Of a stretch of DNA of 64,000 nt, positions 61,703-64,000 are shown in pieces. The notes below the pieces were generated by a model. That model was not told the DNA's origin, did not search any database, and saw only the letters and a program-made list of their open reading frames with translations. How positions within the stretch are numbered: position 1 is the stretch's first letter; each line of letters starts with the position of its first letter. The position numbers and the translations under genes are program-made. The stretch spans positions 10,625 through 74,624 of the forward strand of contig JBBIIG010000006.1 in NCBI GenBank assembly GCA_037446635.1. Direction: 5' to 3'. Origin of the DNA: a bacterium. Its GTDB lineage: Bacteria; Zhuqueibacterota; Zhuqueibacteria; Oceanimicrobiales; Oceanimicrobiaceae.

Positions 61703-62569
61703 ATGAGCAAGAAAGCGAAGTTTGGTTATTTCACCCTCTTACTGTTTTTTTATATAGGATGCACCGGCAATCCCTTTACCGAAAACGAAGTTATCCCGCG
61801 CAATCGTCAAATCCAGGGCAGCGTCATTTTGGGCGACGGCTTAGGCAGAGAGGGGGTTTATGTTTGGCTGGAGGGATTCAATATTGGCGTCAGAACGGAC
61901 CCAGAGGGCCGGTTTCAAATCACGCTGCCGTTTTCCGCCAGCTCTAACGGTTTGAGCGGCGCTTTTTATTTGTATTATTATGTGGCCAACTTTGATTTGG
62001 CGGCCACGGAAATTTTTGTCCGCAATGGCGAGCTGCTTTATGGAATGGGCGAGATCAATAGCAGCGGCCAACTCAACGCCCCAAAGTTTCTTCGGCAAAG
62101 TCTTCAGATTCAGACTACCCTGCAGCCAACTACTGTTTCATTAAGCGAGCTGGCTCGTCCCGAGCAGCCCTTCATCGACGTGCGCTGTGAGGTGGTTTTG
62201 CGCTCGTTTGTGGATTCGGTCATTGTTTATTTTCCCGACAAAGTTGATGAGTTCGGGCCGCTGCTTTTTAGAAATATCGCAACCAACCAGATTGCAATTT
62301 TAAATTCGGTGCTTAGCGAATCAGAAGTCAGCGACCTTGATACCATTACTGTTACGCCAACCGTTCGAACCATGTTGGTGAGGTTGGAGCGCGGCTCTTT
62401 GGCGGCCGGTGAGTATGAGGTCATCCCCTTTTTGTTGGTGAAAAATCCGGCCGTCCCCACAAAATTATTGGAAAGTCTCGGTCCCGCGATTGAGAGTCTC
62501 GGCCCGGCTTATCTGGAAATCCCCTTTCGGCGCCAGGGGGTGAATCGCTTTTTAACGGTGGGTGAGTAA
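61703..62569 (+). CDS. Hypothetical lipoprotein, paralogue B
   Basis: Lipobox YIGC; shares NPF, EGVYVWLEG, YEVIP and YLxIPFxRQG with the preceding gene. Confidence 0.8.
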   Translation: MSKKAKFGYFTLLLFFYIGCTGNPFTENEVIPRNRQIQGSVILGDGLGREGVYVWLEGFNIGVRTDPEGRFQITLPFSASSNGLSGAFYLYYYVANFDLAATEIFVRNGELLYGMGEINSSGQLNAPKFLRQSLQIQTTLQPTTVSLSELARPEQPFIDVRCEVVLRSFVDSVIVYFPDKVDEFGPLLFRNIATNQIAILNSVLSESEVSDLDTITVTPTVRTMLVRLERGSLAAGEYEVIPFLLVKNPAVPTKLLESLGPAIESLGPAYLEIPFRRQGVNRFLTVGE

Positions 62570-62692
62570 TTCAGCGGCTTTTGAAGCCTTCCCTCAGCTT
62601 TTAATTTTCTTCCCATTTATTCATTTGTTTATTGACGCCAGTATTTTATATTTTGAAAATTTTTTGGCAGTCGATGAAAATGCGCTCTCGCT

Positions 62693-63661
62693 ATGATGCC
62701 AACAATCCGTCAAATGGTTGAAAGCGACCTTTCGCAAGTCAATTTGATCCTCTCAAAAGCATTTACCCACGCCCGTTTGCAAAACGGCTTGAGCGACTCG
62801 CGGGTGCCGCTCTGCAAAATTGAATTTCTGAAAATGTATCTCGCCGGAAGCCCCAGCGGCGCCTGGGTGATGGAGCGCAACGGACGAATTCTTGCATATT
62901 GTTTCAGCCGCCTGTGGGGTTCGGTGGGCTGGATTGGCCCGCTGAGCGTCCTGCCTGAAGAGGAGGGACGCGGCTACGGCAAGCAAATCGTTGGCGCCGC
63001 GGTGGAGGCGCTAAAAGGCGAGGGCGCCAAAACCATCGGTCTCGAAATGCCGGCGCATTCGTTCCGGAATCTGGCTTTCTACACTAAGCTCGGGTTTCGC
63101 GCTAATCAGCTCACAGTGGATTTGGTGCGCAACGTTCCCAGTTTAGCGCCCTCGCAGTCATTTAGTGAAAATGTGTTGATTGTAAAAATGGGCGATGTCT
63201 CGCCGTCGGAGAAGCCCCGCTATTTCGAAGATTTGAGGCGATTATCCAAGCGCTTGCAAGCTGGTTTGGATTACAGCCGGGAAGTCCAGCTTGCGAACGA
63301 TTTTGAATTTGGCGATGGCCGATTGGTTTACTGCAATGATTCCTTGATCGGCTTCATTTTAGCGCACACGGAAATTTATTCGGAAGAGGAGTCGCATGAG
63401 TACCTCAAAGTCAATGCGCTGCAAATGGCGCCGGAGCTCGAGTTGCACCAGCTTGAGCTGCTCGTTGCGCTCATGGAAGATTGGGCGTGTTCTGAGGGCC
63501 TGGCCTCGATTTATCTGCGCGTGCCGCTGCGCTATCACGATGGTTTCCGCTTTTTGTTATCGCACAATTTTTTTGCCGTGCACAACGAGCTGCGGATGAC
63601 TTTGGAGGGGTTTCCGCAATTGGACGACCCGCGGTCGATAAATTTTAATAAATGGGAATAA
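62693..63661 (+). CDS. GNAT-family N-acetyltransferase (two-domain)
   Basis: WIGPLSVLPEEEGRGYGK acetyl-CoA motif, FYTKLGF. Confidence 0.88.
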   Translation: MMPTIRQMVESDLSQVNLILSKAFTHARLQNGLSDSRVPLCKIEFLKMYLAGSPSGAWVMERNGRILAYCFSRLWGSVGWIGPLSVLPEEEGRGYGKQIVGAAVEALKGEGAKTIGLEMPAHSFRNLAFYTKLGFRANQLTVDLVRNVPSLAPSQSFSENVLIVKMGDVSPSEKPRYFEDLRRLSKRLQAGLDYSREVQLANDFEFGDGRLVYCNDSLIGFILAHTEIYSEEESHEYLKVNALQMAPELELHQLELLVALMEDWACSEGLASIYLRVPLRYHDGFRFLLSHNFFAVHNELRMTLEGFPQLDDPRSINFNKWE

Positions 63662-63778
63662 GTAAATTTTCTCTTGTTTTATATCGCTCATTCCTTTATA
63701 TTTGATTCGTCTTTTTTTGAATGCCCCCCAAAACAGTCATTTTTTGAAATGCCATTTGTAACCACGATTTAAGTTCAA

Positions 63779-64000
63779 ATGCAGTTACAGGGTTTGTATA
63801 TTCCAGTCACGACGCCGTTTGTTGACGGCCGGGTTGCGTCGGAGAAATTAATCTTCAATCTTCAAAAGTGGAACGAGCTGGCGTTGTCGGGTTACGTTTT
63901 GTTCGGCTCCAGCGGCGAGGCGCCGCTTTTGACGCAGGAGGAGCGGCTCGCGCTTTTGAGATCGGCGCGGCCCGCGGTAGCCAGCGGCAAAACGTTAATC
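63779..64000 (+). CDS. DHDPS/NAL-family aldolase (partial, runs off window)
   Basis: MQLQGLYIPVTTPF...GYVLFGSSGEAPLLT.EER. Confidence 0.85.
   Translation, partial: MQLQGLYIPVTTPFVDGRVASEKLIFNLQKWNELALSGYVLFGSSGEAPLLTQEERLALLRSARPAVASGKTLI

Overview
Gene-dense bacterial chromosomal segment, mostly on the + strand. I found no CRISPR array, integrase or IS. Gene content (PorU sortase, PorV/PorQ-family barrel, T9SS-type C-terminal domain protein, GWxTD protein, TonB-dependent receptors) together with ordinary Shine-Dalgarno usage suggests a non-Bacteroidetes FCB-group organism such as KSB1 or Calditrichota (inference). Housekeeping content: NUDIX, NSS transporter plus small subunit, holA, ECF sigma/anti-sigma/HtrA-like, rdgB, tRNA-Pro, archease-rtcB, ligA, a hybrid kinase, two NtrC-type activators, cysQ, mobA, plsC-like, porU, tricorn protease, a radical SAM enzyme, tRNA-Leu-tig-clpP-clpX-lon-(insert)-engB and serA. 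Most notable: (1) a sigma54-driven three-gene unit of TonB receptor + T9SS-CTD protein + its own PorV-like barrel; (2) an HtrA homologue lacking all three catalytic residues, encoded in the ECF operon; (3) a broken tRNA-Pro(TGG) in tandem with an intact tRNA-Pro(CGG), directly upstream of archease-RtcB; (4) a Zn-ribbon microprotein resembling ribosomal protein bL38, linked to two orphan microcompartment vertex genes; (5) several membrane microproteins missed by the ORF track. All family assignments come from motif recognition by eye; no database search was run.
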